Origin: Octopus vulgaris
Taxonomy: Eukaryota
Assembly: GCA_951406725.2 (NCBI GenBank)
Contig: OX597815.1
Location: forward strand, 28,334,001-28,398,000
Reading direction: 5' to 3'
Length of the DNA: 64,000 bases
Each line of letters starts with the position of its first letter. Position 1 is the stretch's first letter. Positions 1-15,135 of this stretch are shown one piece after another. The notes beneath the pieces were generated by a model that was not told the DNA's origin, searched no databases, and worked only from the letters and a program-made list of their open reading frames with translations. The translations under genes and the position numbers were made by a program.

Positions 1-413
1 TATTAATACTGTCCAAGAGAAATGATCGCTGCTCTTGGATATTGAACTGTTAGTAAAATGTTATATAAAAACAGTAAAATGAAACTGCCTGCGTATGGGG
101 GGCAGGTAAGTCATTCCACCCTCATTTTTCATTGTATTCATAATTTCATACGATATGTGTTTTTATGTACCCCATTATATTGTTTTGTATGTACTTGTAT
201 TGTTCCCCCTCTTTAAGAGCCATGTGCTCAATAAAAGAAATCAGGACGTTGGTGTTGCCTTGGCGGAAGTTTGCGTTTTCTGAGTGCCCTTTTTTTCAAT
301 ATTGCTTTACTTTCTTTTAACATAATTCTTTCTTGCATACATACTTAAATTTCAATGAAGCAAAATATTACCTATTCCAGGCATAAAAAAACGTGTCATG
401 CATTGGTATCAAT

Positions 414-649
414 AAGGCGGCGAGCTGGCAGAAACGTTAGCACGCCGGGCGAAATGCGTAGCCGTATTTCGTCTGCTCTTACGTTGTGAGTTCAAATTCC
501 GCCGAGGTCGACTTTGCCTTTCATCCTTTCGGGGTCGATAAATTAAGTACCAGTTACGAACTGGGGTCGATATAATCGACTCAATACCTATGTCTGTCCT
601 TGTTTGCTCCCTCTATGTTTAGCCCCTTGTGGGTAATAAAGAAATAAGC
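414..649 (+). mobile_element. tRNA-derived SINE, family A (octopus OK/OR1-like)
   Basis: A-box-like GAGCTGGCAGAAACG, B-box GAGTTCAAATTCC, conserved body GCCTTTCATCCTTTCGGGGTCGATAAA; about ten related copies in the window. Confidence 0.85.
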
Positions 650-979
650 ATCAATAATTGATGTTATATGTTTATAACAGGGAATTGAAACAGTGACAGC
701 ACAGCTCACAAGACATCTGAACAAAGATCGAGAAAGAAAAAAGCAGAGAGAGAGAAATCCATTTGTAGAGATGAGTGTACTTTTAGTACAAATCATCGAA
801 ATAAACGAACTCAACAGAGAAACGAAAGGAAAAGAAATTTCCCATATTCTTCGATTAATAGATTCATATCAAATGAAATGCTATATCTTTATAAAGTATA
901 ATGTTCACCTCGATATTAGTCTTATATTCTTAAAGTACAAAAAGAAGAAAATTAATGCATAGAAACTAAGCGTATCTTT

Positions 980-1327
980 TACACCACCAGCACCCAAGTA
1001 CTACCTCCACCTTCTAATGTTACCACGACAATTAGTACCTTCACAACCAGTACTAGCACTTGCGCTATCACTACCATTACTACCTCTAAAACAATCAGAA
1101 ACACTATCACCACAACTGCCAACATCATCACAACTACCACTACCACGAGTACAACCGTTATTCCTACCACGACTACCACCACCTAAAACATCATATTTAC
1201 CTCAAGCAAAAGTATTAATACCACCACTACCACGACAACAACAACAACAACCGCAAATACTATCTCTATTACAAGTACCACATCTGCCAGCATCCACTAC
1301 ATCACCTCTACCCCACCACCCCACCTT

Positions 1328-1372
<45 letters not shown>

Positions 1373-1406
1373 CACTACCACCACCACCACCACCACTACT
1401 ACTACC

Positions 1407-1474
<68 letters not shown>

Positions 1475-1636
1475 AATTGCCTAAAACGCCATTCACACCA
1501 CTATCACTAACGGAAGCACTACCTCCGATACTACTGGCGTCACAATTCCACTGCTTCCTTCAATAACCTCAACACCACCGTTGCTATCGCAACAGCCGGC
1601 ACCACCAACACTACCACTACTACCACCACCACCACC

Positions 1637-1683
<47 letters not shown>

Positions 1684-2075
1684 CACTACTACTACTACCA
1701 CTACTACTACTACCACCACCACCATTGCCTAAAACGCCATTCACACCACTATCACTAACGGAAGCACTACCTCCGATACTACTGGCGTCACAATTCCACT
1801 GCTTCCTTCAATAACCTCAACACCACCGTTGCTATCGCAACAGCCGGCACCACCAACACCGGCGCCAGCGTCGGCACCGGCGCCATCGCCATCGCCACCA
1901 ACTCAACCACCCTCATCATCAAGCACAAGTACTAGCACCATCAGCAACACTACCGACATCACCAGCTGTTCCCCTCCTCCACGTACCACCACACGTACAC
2001 CCTTACACTCTCGCACCCTACAGCACCCACCACTACGCACCGGCACCACCACTACGCACCAGCACCACCGTCCTA
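980..2075. repeat. (ACC/ACT)n-rich low-complexity tract containing a local tandem duplication
   Basis: Trinucleotide arrays; a ~140-bp unit occurs at ~1470-1612 and ~1718-1860. Confidence 0.85.
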
Positions 2076-2381
2076 ACGTATTAACTCCAGTTCTCGTCAA
2101 AACGTTTAAGTACGTAAGTACGTCATAATAACAATAGCAACGGAGGATTTATTATGAGAAGAGACCTTTGATGCGATGGATATTTGTGCGTTTCTATTTT
2201 TGCAACATCAGCAGTCGTCTGGCATAAATTTTTTTTGTTTTTATAAAATTTTTACTATTTCTTTTATTTTTATTCAATTTCATTCCTTATCAAATGTTAG
2301 GATTAGAATTAGTAGGTGGAACTTTTCAAGCAATAAATAGCTTCTCCACTTAGCGTTACTACAATATATCGTCTGCAGCTG

Positions 2382-4520
<2,139 letters not shown>

Positions 4521-4615
4521 TATATATATATATATATAATACTTTAATTGTTCCACGTGTTGTTGTTTTTTCTGTTTTCCCGTTTGGATTAACCTTATAT
4601 ATATATGCATACATA

Positions 4616-5940
4616 CAGGGATACTTCACAGTACGAGTTTAATTCGGTCCTTGACTGAGTTCGTTTTACGATTTACTCGTTTTACAAATCAATTTTTCCC
4701 CATTGAAATTAACTAAAATATAATTAATCCGTTCCAGCCGGCCCCCAAATCACCCAAAAATATTTTTTTATGGGTTTTAAAACAGAAAAGGTGTAGTTAC
4801 AAGTAAAATGATACTCATGAAAAGGAGAATGCAAAAGAAATATGTAAACTGGTTTTATTAACTGAATGAGCTTAAAGATGGGACGATTTGTGCGCGAAAA
4901 AGACGATAGAGCGGGGGAGGAAGAGGATTACTGTTTGGAAGGAGACTATCTTTCCATTAAGACTTCAGGCAGAACAATTTCTGGCGTTTTCTTTCTCACT
5001 TCACTCAATTTAGGCCTTTTGGACAAACTTTCTTCACTTTTTACACTTGCATATCGTTTCATTAGAAACATATCAAGAGAAGTCTGCTTCTTTCTTGCCT
5101 TTCAAAATGTTACGAAAATGCACCAGAACAGTGTCATTAAATAAAGCAGCTGCACGAACTGTAGCTAATTTTTCTGGATGATATTTTTCTACAAATTCAG
5201 AAACATACTACCACTTTGCCAACACTGACTTTATGTCACTCGTAGAGATAGCTTTCTCCGCTACACTGTCCTCCTCCGAAGAACCAATCTCTTCCACCGT
5301 CTCCAAATGCTACTGCTCCTGAAACCACAAGGGTTTATCTGCCGTCAGCTCCTCTCAGTGTTCGTTGACGAGATCGTTAATATCCCCATCATCAATCTCG
5401 AGGCCCATGGACTTGCCAAGAGACACTATCTCCTCGACTATAAGTGTCTCAGATTGAAACCTCTTGGAGTTTCTTTTGGATACGCAGTCAGGCCAAAGTT
5501 TCCTCTGTGCAGAATTCAGCATTCTTCTCGTTACACCCTGCCAGGCTATATCGATGATTGTCAGGTAGTTTACAATGTTGTAGTGCTCCTTCCAAAATTC
5601 ACAAAGGGTTAGATTTGTATTTTTAAATCACCTGTTGGTCCATGGGCTGCAAGATAGGGGTGGTGTTGCATGAAAGCTATAGAACTTTTATAAATTTAAA
5701 TTCGTCCAGGATATCATCTTCGAGGTTAGGAGGGTGAGCAGGAGCATTGTCGAGGATGAGGAGGGCCTTGAGAGGAAGATTCTTCTCCAGAAGGTACTTT
5801 TTCACTGCTAGTCCGAATGCAAGGTTGACCCCTCGGAAAAGAATTGCCTGGTGATCCAGGCTTTTACGTTTGCCCTCCACATGACTTTTAGCTTCTCACT
5901 CAGGATTCTATGTGACTTGAATGCTCGTAGGTTTTCGGAA
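4616..5940 (-). mobile_element. pogo/Tigger-like DNA transposon relic (one end plus DDE fragment)
   Basis: KALLILDNAPAHP and VMWRANVKAWITR motifs; terminus begins TA|CAGGG. Confidence 0.8.
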
Positions 5941-6207
5941 TGGTTGTGCCACTCGCATTGGCACAGAGTATTCAACAGTGAAGCAAAGACGAACTCTGTT
6001 AACTCTATTAAGTATACACTTTTACTTGTTTTAGTCATTAGACTGCGACCATGGCGGTGGGGGCACCAAATTGAAGAATTTTTATTAAAATTTAGTAGAA
6101 TTTTAAAATTGAATATATAACCAGAAGCGTTGCCTAGACCTAACGTTAGGTGTAGCGAGTACATAAAAGAAAAGGCGCCTTGAGTCATACTAAACAATTT
6201 TTAACTC

Positions 6208-6559
6208 TGTTGTGTCTGGGGAGAGTCATTTTCTTTTTGTGCCTTATAATGTAACACACTCACTGGTAAAATTTCCACATTTTTCTTATTTTTATTTTCC
6301 TAAAATTTTCGTTGCGTATTGCAACCTTTTCAATAGTCTTGACTATTGAAAGTCTATTGAGAGTCAAGACTATTGAAAAGGTTGCAATACGCAACGAAAA
6401 TTTTAGGAAAATAAAAATAAGAAATAAGTGGAAATTTTACCAGTGAGTGTGTTACGTTATAAGGCAAAAAAAGAAAAGGACTCTCCCCAGACACAACACA
6501 ATATGCTTCAACACACGAACTCATATAAAGAATCTTGCAAACCAAATCCAAAAACGAAA
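6208..6559. repeat. Fold-back inverted repeat (arms ~6208-6344 and 6362-6498), probably PLE-terminus derived
   Basis: Arms are near reverse complements; a single copy of the unit lies at 55500-55700. Confidence 0.85.
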
Positions 6560-7087
6560 TTTTTAACTCATTTCTCTTGTATTACAAGAAATAATTCATT
6601 AGTTATAATATACGTAGTTGTGTTCTACATTAATTAATGTCATGTTTCATTAACAGTGTCATTATGTATGAAACTTACCAATATTGATATATGTAACTGA
6701 AGTCAAAAAAGATAGTTGAAAGGCGTCAATTCTGAAAAAAATTGTGCTATGTCACTGTATATAATGTATGTGTGTGCACGAGCGTTATGTGTGAGTCGTC
6801 CTATGACTACTCAAAGCTGCAGTGGGGACGTGGTGGTAAATTCGTTGCGGGGACAATTGAAGGATTACGAACGATTTACTAATAGGGAGAAGCTTGTGGA
6901 AAGGGGAGCAAGGATAGAAAGTAATATTTTTCTCAATCGTCATATTTCCTGGAGTCATCATCTTGTATCTGAAACTTGAGTCGCCTTATTAATTCTTTCT
7001 CTTTTTGTTTTATTTATTTATTTATTTATTTTTTCTTTGCCAATCAATCGTTCTTAGTCAGTCAGTCAGGCATCTCAGTCATCACTC

Positions 7088-7088
7088 T

Positions 7089-7123
<35 letters not shown>

Positions 7124-7457
7124 CCACCACCACTACTACTACCACTACTACTACCACCACCACCAATGCCACCACCACGACCACCACCACCACCACCACC
7201 ACTACTACTACCACCACTACCACAACCACCACCACCACCACCACCACTACTACTACCACCACCACCACCACCACCACTACCACCACTACCACCACCAGCA
7301 CCACTGCCACCAACACCCGTGCTACTACCATCCCCGTCATCAATATCGTCATTGTCGTCATCATCGTTGCCGTCATCGTTATCATCACCATCGTCATCGT
7401 CGTTCTCGTGGTCATCATCATCATCATCATCATAACCACCACCAGCACCACCACCAC
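7088..7457. repeat. Compound (CAG)n/(ACC)n/(CAT)n microsatellite
   Basis: Direct reading. Confidence 0.9.
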
Positions 7458-8000
7458 CTCCTCCTCTTTCTCTTCCTCATTCCTCCTCCTCTTTCTCTTC
7501 CTCATTCCTCCTCCTCTTTCTCTTCCTCATTCCTCCTCCTCTTTCTCTTCCTCATTCTTCTTTCTCTTCCTCATTCTTCTTTCTCTTCCTCATTCTTCTT
7601 TCTCTTCCTCTTTCTCTTCCTCATTCCTCCTCCTTTTTCTCTTCCTCATTCCTCCTCTTTCTCTTCCTCATTCCTCCTCCTCTTTCTCTTCCTCATTCCT
7701 CCTCCTTTTTCTCTTCCTTATTCCTCTTCCTCTTTCTCTTCCTCATTCCTCCTCCTCTTTCTCTTCCTCATTCCTCCTCGTTTTACTCTTCCTTATTCCT
7801 CTTCCTTTTTCTCTTCCTCATTCCTCCTCCTCTTTCTCTTCCTCATTCCTCCTCCTTTTTCTCTTCCTCATTCCTCTTCCTCTTTCTCTTCCTCAGTCCT
7901 CCTCCTCTTTCTCTTCCTTATTCCTCTTCCTCTTTCTCTTCCTTATTCCTCTTCCTCTTTCTCTTCCTTATTCCTCCTCCACTTTCTCTTCCTCTTTCCC
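7458..8000. repeat. Polypyrimidine minisatellite, ~21-24-bp unit TTCTCTTCCTCATTCCTCCTCCTC
   Basis: Direct reading. Confidence 0.9.
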
Positions 8001-8204
8001 TCTCTCTACTGGTACCCCCCCCGCCACTAGCATCATTACTGATAACCATAACCAGATCACTACAATCAACAACGCAAACGCAGTCTCAACCAACATGATC
8101 ATTACTAACATCGACGCCATCGTCATCATCATCAGCATTATCTAGGGTCTTCTTCTTCTTCTTCTTCTTCTTCTTCTTCTTCTTCTTCTTCTTCTTCTTC
8201 TTCA

Positions 8205-8920
8205 TCCTAGCAATACAAGACCAGAGTCACCTCATCCGGAATTATCAAGCTAATGTCACACACAACGAGGTAGACTCTGAAATGACAAACATGAGAGTAT
8301 TGACCACATACATTGTTGCCGGCTGCTCAGTCCTTCCCCCTACAGAATATAAAACCAGGCATGATCAAGTTGGCTAGTACTTGCACTAGAGAATATGCCG
8401 ACTCTATGGTATCTCGCACCTTAAGAACTGGTATGAACACCATCCAGAGCCAGTCACTGAGGAAGAGAATGTTACCATCCTATGCGATTATGGAATACAC
8501 ACAGACAGGCAAATAAACGATAGCAGACCAGACATCGTCATCAAAGACCTAAAACAAAAAAAAAACATACCTGCTAATTGATATGACAGTGTCTACTGAT
8601 AGAAACATCTCAGCAAAGGGATTTGAAAAACTGTCGAAATATAAGGACTTTGAAATTGAGATATCTAGGACGTGGCAATTAAAAGCCAAAACCATCCCTG
8701 GTGATGTAGGTGCCCTGGGAATGATCAAGAAAGGTACTGACAAATTTTTTGATTAGATCCCTGGGAAACCAACAATCTATGAGACTCAACCGCCTACATT
8801 CTCAGGAAGTTTCTCTCCATCTAATATATTCGTGCCTTAGGGTCTTTGGTTGAGACCCGGTCAGAAGATGAAATAAAATACAATTCAATCGGAAAATGAA
8901 AACAACAGCAATAATAATAT
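8205..8920 (+). mobile_element. R4/Dong-like RLE non-LTR retrotransposon 3' fragment
   Basis: RPDIVIKD, LIDMTV, EKLSKYKDFEIEISRTW, VGALGMI motifs; preceded by (TTC)n; (TAA) tail. Confidence 0.8.
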
Positions 8921-8952
8921 TTTTTTAAATTATAGATTTATTAATGTAGGAA

Positions 8953-9881
8953 AGTTTTCTAAAGTACATTAATCCTAAAACAAATATCATTAACCACTGA
9001 TTAATATTGTTTCATTACAACCACCAACACCACTATCTATTTGCTTCAAATTAGCTTTTCCAAGTCTTATGTATTAAGTATTTTAATTTTTTTTCTACTC
9101 TAGGCACAAGGCCCGAATTTTTTAGGGAGGGAGCCAGTCGATTAGATCGACCCCAGTACGCAACTAGTACTTAATTTATCGACCCCGGAAAGGATGAAAG
9201 GCGAAGTTGATCTCGGCGGAATTTGAACTCAGAACTTAAAGGCAGACGAAATACCTATTTCTTTACTACCCACATTTTGAAATTAAATAATACAGAGATG
9301 TCATCCATACGGAAAACTATAGTTAAGACAATATTATAATACTTGAAGGCGTCGAGCTGGCAGAATCGTTAGCACGGCGGGCGAAATGCGTAACCGTATT
9401 TCGTCTGCCGTTACGTTCTGAGTTCAAATTCCGCCGAGGTCGACTTTGCCTTTCATCCTTTCGGGGTCGATAAATAAAGTAACAGTGATGCACTGGGGTC
9501 GATGTAATCGACTTTATCCGTCTGTCTGTCCTTGTTTGTTTCCTCTGTGTTTAGCCCCTTGTGGGTAGTAAAGAAATAGGTATTTCGTTTGTCTTTACGT
9601 TCTGAGTTCAAATTCCGCCGAGATCAACTTCGTCTTTCATCCTTTCCGGGGTCGATAAATTAAGTACTAGTTGCGTACTGGGGTCGATCTAATCGACTGG
9701 CTCCCTCCCTAAAAATTTCGGGCCTTGTGCCTAGAGTAGAAAAAAAATTAAAATACTTAATACATAAGACTTGGAAAAGCTAATTTGAAGCAAATAGATA
9801 GTGGTGTTGGTCGTTGTAATGAAACAATATTAATCAGTGGTTAATGATATTTGTTTTAGGATTAATGTACTTTAGAAAACT
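8953..9881. repeat. Local inverted duplication (arms 8953-9274 and 9560-9881) of SINE sequence plus non-SINE flank
   Basis: Arms are nearly exact reverse complements. Confidence 0.92.
9346..9745 (+). mobile_element. SINE family A, one full copy followed by a partial second copy
   Basis: Same head and body as 414-649. Confidence 0.85.
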
Positions 9882-10275
9882 ACTCAATGTCTCGTTTGTT
9901 CACAAAAATTATCTGGTTTGACTTGAGATTTGGTTACTATTTCTAGCAAATTGATCAATCGCACAAAGGCTTCCTCTTCGGTTTGAAATCACTGTTGTAT
10001 GGTGGGTGTCACAAAGTAAAGAGTGAGCTCTAAACGATTATAGTTCATGATTCAGTTTCAAGTTCCTGTTGAAACGGTCTCTTTTGGGGAAATGGTGATG
10101 TCTATGATATCGTCGACAACGATGACGACAACGACGATGACGACGACGATGATGACGACGACGATGATGATGATGATGATGATGACGACGACGACGACGA
10201 CGATGATGATGATGATGATGATGATGATGGTGATGTGAATGATGATGTCATGGTGGTGGTGGTATTCTCGATTAT

Positions 10276-10424
10276 TCCGCCGAGGTCGACTTTGCCTTTC
10301 AGCCTTTCGGGGTCGATTAAATAAGTACCAGTTACGCACTGGGGTTGATATAATCGACTTAATCCGTTTGTCTGTCCTTGTTTGTCCTCTCTGTGTTTAG
10401 CCCCTCGTGGGTAGTAAAGAAATA
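10276..10424 (+). mobile_element. 5'-truncated SINE family A with 15-bp TSD
   Basis: GGTATTCTCGATTAT at 10261-10275 and 10425-10439. Confidence 0.85.
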
Positions 10425-11429
10425 GGTATTCTCGATTATCCCAAATGAAGAAGTGTATGGGGCGAGACAAGAGAATTGAAGATAAGTGATGTAGTTGGAA
10501 GCTAAAGACTTTTTTCAAACCCTCAGAGCATCCTCGAACTAACGAAAGGACTCATACACATTGACCTTCCACTAAAAACAACTGCCAGTTATCTCTCAAA
10601 TAACATTCTGCTATATTATAAAAAAGAAAAGAACACATTAGATAACATAGTCCTAGATACACTTTTGTCGAAAAAAAATTTTTTAACTACGACTTGAATG
10701 CCTATGCCGTAGCGCAACTAGATGGGAGCGAGGGGATAGTCTACTCCGGGTGAGAGTTTAAGGGAGCTTATCATATAAGCCTGTACAGGCTTGGAAACCC
10801 TGGTTGGAATGGCAAACGCAAGGGCTGGAGGTACACATTTTAAGTACAACACTCTGTTTTTGGTCATGATTATTCGATCAAGGCTTAACCTGGCTAAGTA
10901 ACAAGACCATCATAAAACAACTATCTAGAAGAATACCTATGTGTAACGGTTCTAAAGGAAAAGAAAGAACACTCAACCTTTCAAACTAGACGCTGTGACC
11001 CGGCAGCCAGTACTAGTTAAGTAAAGTGTCATATAGGTGTACTAACTTGACATACAGATGATTATGAGATTTAATGGAGACATCTAATTTCATAGTAAAA
11101 ATCACTGAAGTGAAGATCTCATATATTTATTGCAACTTGTCAGGTCATATTTTCCCGTCTCTTCATGACAAGTTAAGTTGAGATCACTTGAATACCTACG
11201 TCAAAAGAACCTCTCACCGGGTATATAGTTAAATATCTCCAGTCTTTTATTTTCAGCTGAACTCACAAAATTAGGCTTGATTTAAGCTTTCCACAATTTA
11301 AATGTTCTGCTACATTGTTGGTTTATAAACTTCAATACCACCTTACGAATTTTTAGTCCTTTTATTTTCAAATTGTGAATCCACTTAACATTCAAAATGT
11401 AAGGCGTATATATTATCTATCAATAGCAA

Positions 11430-11486
11430 GGGAAAACCATGGACATGTTTCAGTCTTATTGGACATCATCAGTATACAGTATCCCC
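11430..11486 (-). ncRNA. Type I hammerhead ribozyme-like motif (degenerate stems)
   Basis: CUGAUGA-UGUCC aauaa GACU-GAAA-CAUG-UC. Confidence 0.6.
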
Positions 11487-12367
11487 AAGCTTGCTTTAAT
11501 AAATTGACAAATTTTTACCTTTAAAAAGTAATTACACTTAATTTTTAGCTGGCGATAATTTGGATAATCGAAAAATATTAAAATATGGGCTCAGAAAAAT
11601 AACTCAAGTAGGCTAAAGGCATGAATTTAAATAAATTCAAGGGTAATTTATTAAATGATGTACGCGAAAATTTGCTCAGACTTGAAACAATTATTGCTGT
11701 AAGATATACTTAATACAAATGTTCACGATGCTTATCATTATAGTGGTTTTTATTTAAGCCATATCTGCTCGTATAAAGCAGGCAAACCTATGGTATACAT
11801 ATAAGTGCTGGCTTTTTGGATATTGAAGAGAGGGAAGGGAACAGAAGACTAGTAGCAGAAAGAAAGAGGAAGATAGGGATATAACGTAAAAAAAAAAAAT
11901 GAAGAAAAACAACAGAGAATGAAATAAATAGGTGATAAATGAACACTGACAAAAAGTGAGCGTGAGAGAAAGAAAAGCTACCAATTGAAAGTGAGTTTCT
12001 TTTATATTTCCAAAGAAGATGTGTGAATATTTAATTTTCTGTTATGCTTGGTACTATTTTGAGCAGTAGGTGGAATGCTGCCAAATACAAACTTTGATGG
12101 TGATGAGACTAAAACAACACTGAATGAAGCAATAGTACGTTGAGGGCAGCAGTGATAGTATGAAAATTTGATAAAAATACCATTTAAAAAGTGTTTTAAA
12201 AGAATGCAGAAGTAAAACAGATTTTTTTGCCCGAGGCAGACTTTTCTTCAAATTTTTTCTCGTTGTTAACGAAGTAAATTTGAAAAAATGTTCTCTAGTG
12301 ACACAAATGTAATTTCATAAAATGAAGTTTTCTACACGCAACATAGGGTACACTTGTGCATAGCGGC

Positions 12368-12445
<78 letters not shown>

Positions 12446-12672
12446 TAGGTTTTGTAGCATACTGTAATAAATTGTTACCCGGTGATCCGTTATAGTTAAG
12501 CATCCAAATACACTTGGATCATCCAATGTAGAATTCCAAACAATCACAGTAGTGAAACGTACGTAGAAACAAATAACATAAATTCATCGTGGTTATCCTA
12601 ATTTATTCTGCATGCATACATACATACATAAAAAATTTAATATGATAAGATGGAATGAACAGGCTTTATACA

Positions 12673-12796
12673 AATACTACAATTGTTTCAGCGAATCCTG
12701 ATCAGCTGACAATTACTGAATGTAACGTATATTATACACATTGTTGTATTAATATGATTCAACAATAGCTGTATACATGCGTGTCTTCAGGTGAGT
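12673..12796 (-). ncRNA. Hammerhead-like motif with long stem II insert
   Basis: CUGAAGA...~90 nt...GAAA-CAAUUG-UA; an inverted partial copy lies at 13940-14045. Confidence 0.5.
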
Positions 12797-13029
12797 AAGG
12801 TCCAGAGCGCTGTTAGATCACCTTCAGTTTCTCTTTGTTTTATACCTACACTTTGGTGTTATTTTTAGCATTTCATTGACAAAGAAGAACACGGAAATAC
12901 AAATATATACAACTGGGAAAAGATACCATAAATGAATTAATGGAAACAAAGAGGCCCTGTATTTAATCCATCCTTAACCACAGACTTGTAACGACCTTTA
13001 AGAAAATAAACGAATATTCCAAAACGACC

Positions 13030-13240
13030 CTTTCTACTATAGGCACAAAGCCTGAAATTTGAAGAAGGGGTTAGTCGATTACGCTGACCCAAGTGTTCAA
13101 CTGGTACTTATCTCATCGACTCCAAAAGGATGAAAGGCAAAGTCGAGCTCGGCGGAATTTGAACTCAGAACATAAAGACGGACGAAATGCTGCTAAGTAT
13201 TTTGCACGGAGCGCTAACGTTTCTTCCAGCTCGCCGCCTT
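13030..13240 (-). mobile_element. SINE family A
   Basis: Reverse complement of the family A head and body. Confidence 0.8.
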
Positions 13241-13349
13241 GAATATTCTAAGATAATAATGTTATAAAATGATAAACTTTAACAGTTACTTGTCTTTTGT
13301 CTCATATGGTCACTTCCTTAGCATGGCAGGAGACAGCTTACAGACTTAA

Positions 13350-13783
13350 CGGATCTTTTCGGTTTGAACGGCAGTTTTTTTCTAGCGGTGTCATATGAAA
13401 TTGTCACCCATAATTATGACCCTTGTATCGATCTATTGCATTTTAATCTGTTTTAGGGTTAGTTAGGGTTAGGGTTAGGGGTGGGGGAAGGGTAGCTTTT
13501 TTTTCTTCAGAAATGTAAATAAACCCAATCTGTTTCTTAAACGAGGGACATATTCATACGGCACAGAATGTTTTTTTTACCTCAGTAGACGTCAGTGATT
13601 GGTTGAAATTGCAGAAATTGAAAAAAGAAACAAAACAAATATCTTACAAACTATAGAATTTTCTCAAGAAAGCCAAGAGAAAAAGATGTTTTATAAACAC
13701 ATTCTACCAGTATACGAAGTTTAAAATTTTTTTAGTTACCTAGAAATTATGTTAAAAACTGCCGTTCAAACCGAAAAGATCCG
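13350..13783. mobile_element. MITE with perfect 30-bp TIRs, 6-bp TSD (ACTTAA) and internal TTAGGG repeats
   Basis: CGGATCTTTTCGGTTTGAACGGCAGTTTTT ... AAAAACTGCCGTTCAAACCGAAAAGATCCG; ACTTAA on both sides. Confidence 0.92.
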
Positions 13784-14335
13784 ACTTAATTTTAGTTAGT
13801 TACTGTTATTGTCGCAGGCTTTAACCTAGTTGCTTTACAAGTCATTAAGAGAGACTATTAAACTAAGAAAATCTACTTTGACGCTCCCTTATACATATAA
13901 ATACATTCATTTAAGGCTAATGTACATTCATTTGTAAGTACATACAGCGATTGTTGAATCATACTAATGCAATAATTTGTATAAATTATGTAACATTCAG
14001 CAATTATCAGCTGATATTTATGCGCTGGAACAGTTGTAGTGATTTGTAATAAAATCTGTTCATTCCATCTTGTACTAAAATCCTTTTGTATATAATCTAG
14101 GGGCGCTTGCAGCTTTCCACATGAATATCCAGTAAAAAGAGAAGTCCTACTGTATAATAGCATTTAGTGGTCGATACTCGAAGAGGAGCTTGGGAAAGTA
14201 CGCTATAATGTTATTACCAAGATTCATACATACATACATAGTCAATCCAAACAAGAACAATCAAGAAAAAACAACAACGCGAGGACGTGGTACAAGTACT
14301 GTGTTACTGGACGTACGTACGTACATAAATACATA

Positions 14336-14413
<78 letters not shown>

Positions 14414-14721
14414 GCACACATATATGCACATACAGATCCTTTCCCACGATACACACTTCAACATTCATAACTTGTTTTCCAGTGTAAGTTTTCGCTTACA
14501 TTCACAAACATTGTTGGTCAAAATTACGTAACTTAGACATAACTACGCCTTATTTTCTTCTCTAAAGCATTTGGAGAAACTTAATCACATCATATTGGGG
14601 AAAAACTGGTAAAGCATCTAATCTAGTTGATTATATACACAGACGTGAATAATCATATGCATATGCATGGAAACAGATGTGGAATCGAAGTGGCTATACG
14701 CACACATATGCATATATACAT

Positions 14722-14783
<62 letters not shown>

Positions 14784-15135
14784 ATATATGAGGCAATGAA
14801 ATTGATTACACTATCCTTTGTCAATAATTGCTATTACCTCAGTATACATCAATAAATGTCTTGTTTTCTGATTTCTGTATAAGAACAGACGATAATAGCA
14901 ATTGCAAAAAGGCTGGTGGTTGAAATTAAGCTGAAGCATTGGTATCAGATAGTTTGGTGGCGTCATTTGGATCGCATTGTGTTTTACACAAAAAGTCTCG
15001 GACAAAATACTGCAGCGAATGTCATTTACATTTTCGAATGTGCAGGAATGTGTTATAAATAAATAGATACACGCATCGTTATTTTAGTCCTGAGTGTTTT
15101 ATGTGCGTAAACACACACACACACACACACACATG

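Noticed and set aside
414-505. tRNA gene
   Set aside because: The tRNA-like head continues into a SINE body repeated many times in the window
1017-2128. Mucin-like or proline-rich ORFs
   Set aside because: Derived from decayed (ACC/ACT)n arrays; no splice or domain evidence
7458-8000. CRISPR-like or coding repeat array
   Set aside because: No unique spacers; a simple polypyrimidine minisatellite in eukaryotic DNA
12440-12570. Hammerhead ending in GAAACGTACGTAG
   Set aside because: The 3' half is present but there is no recognisable upstream core
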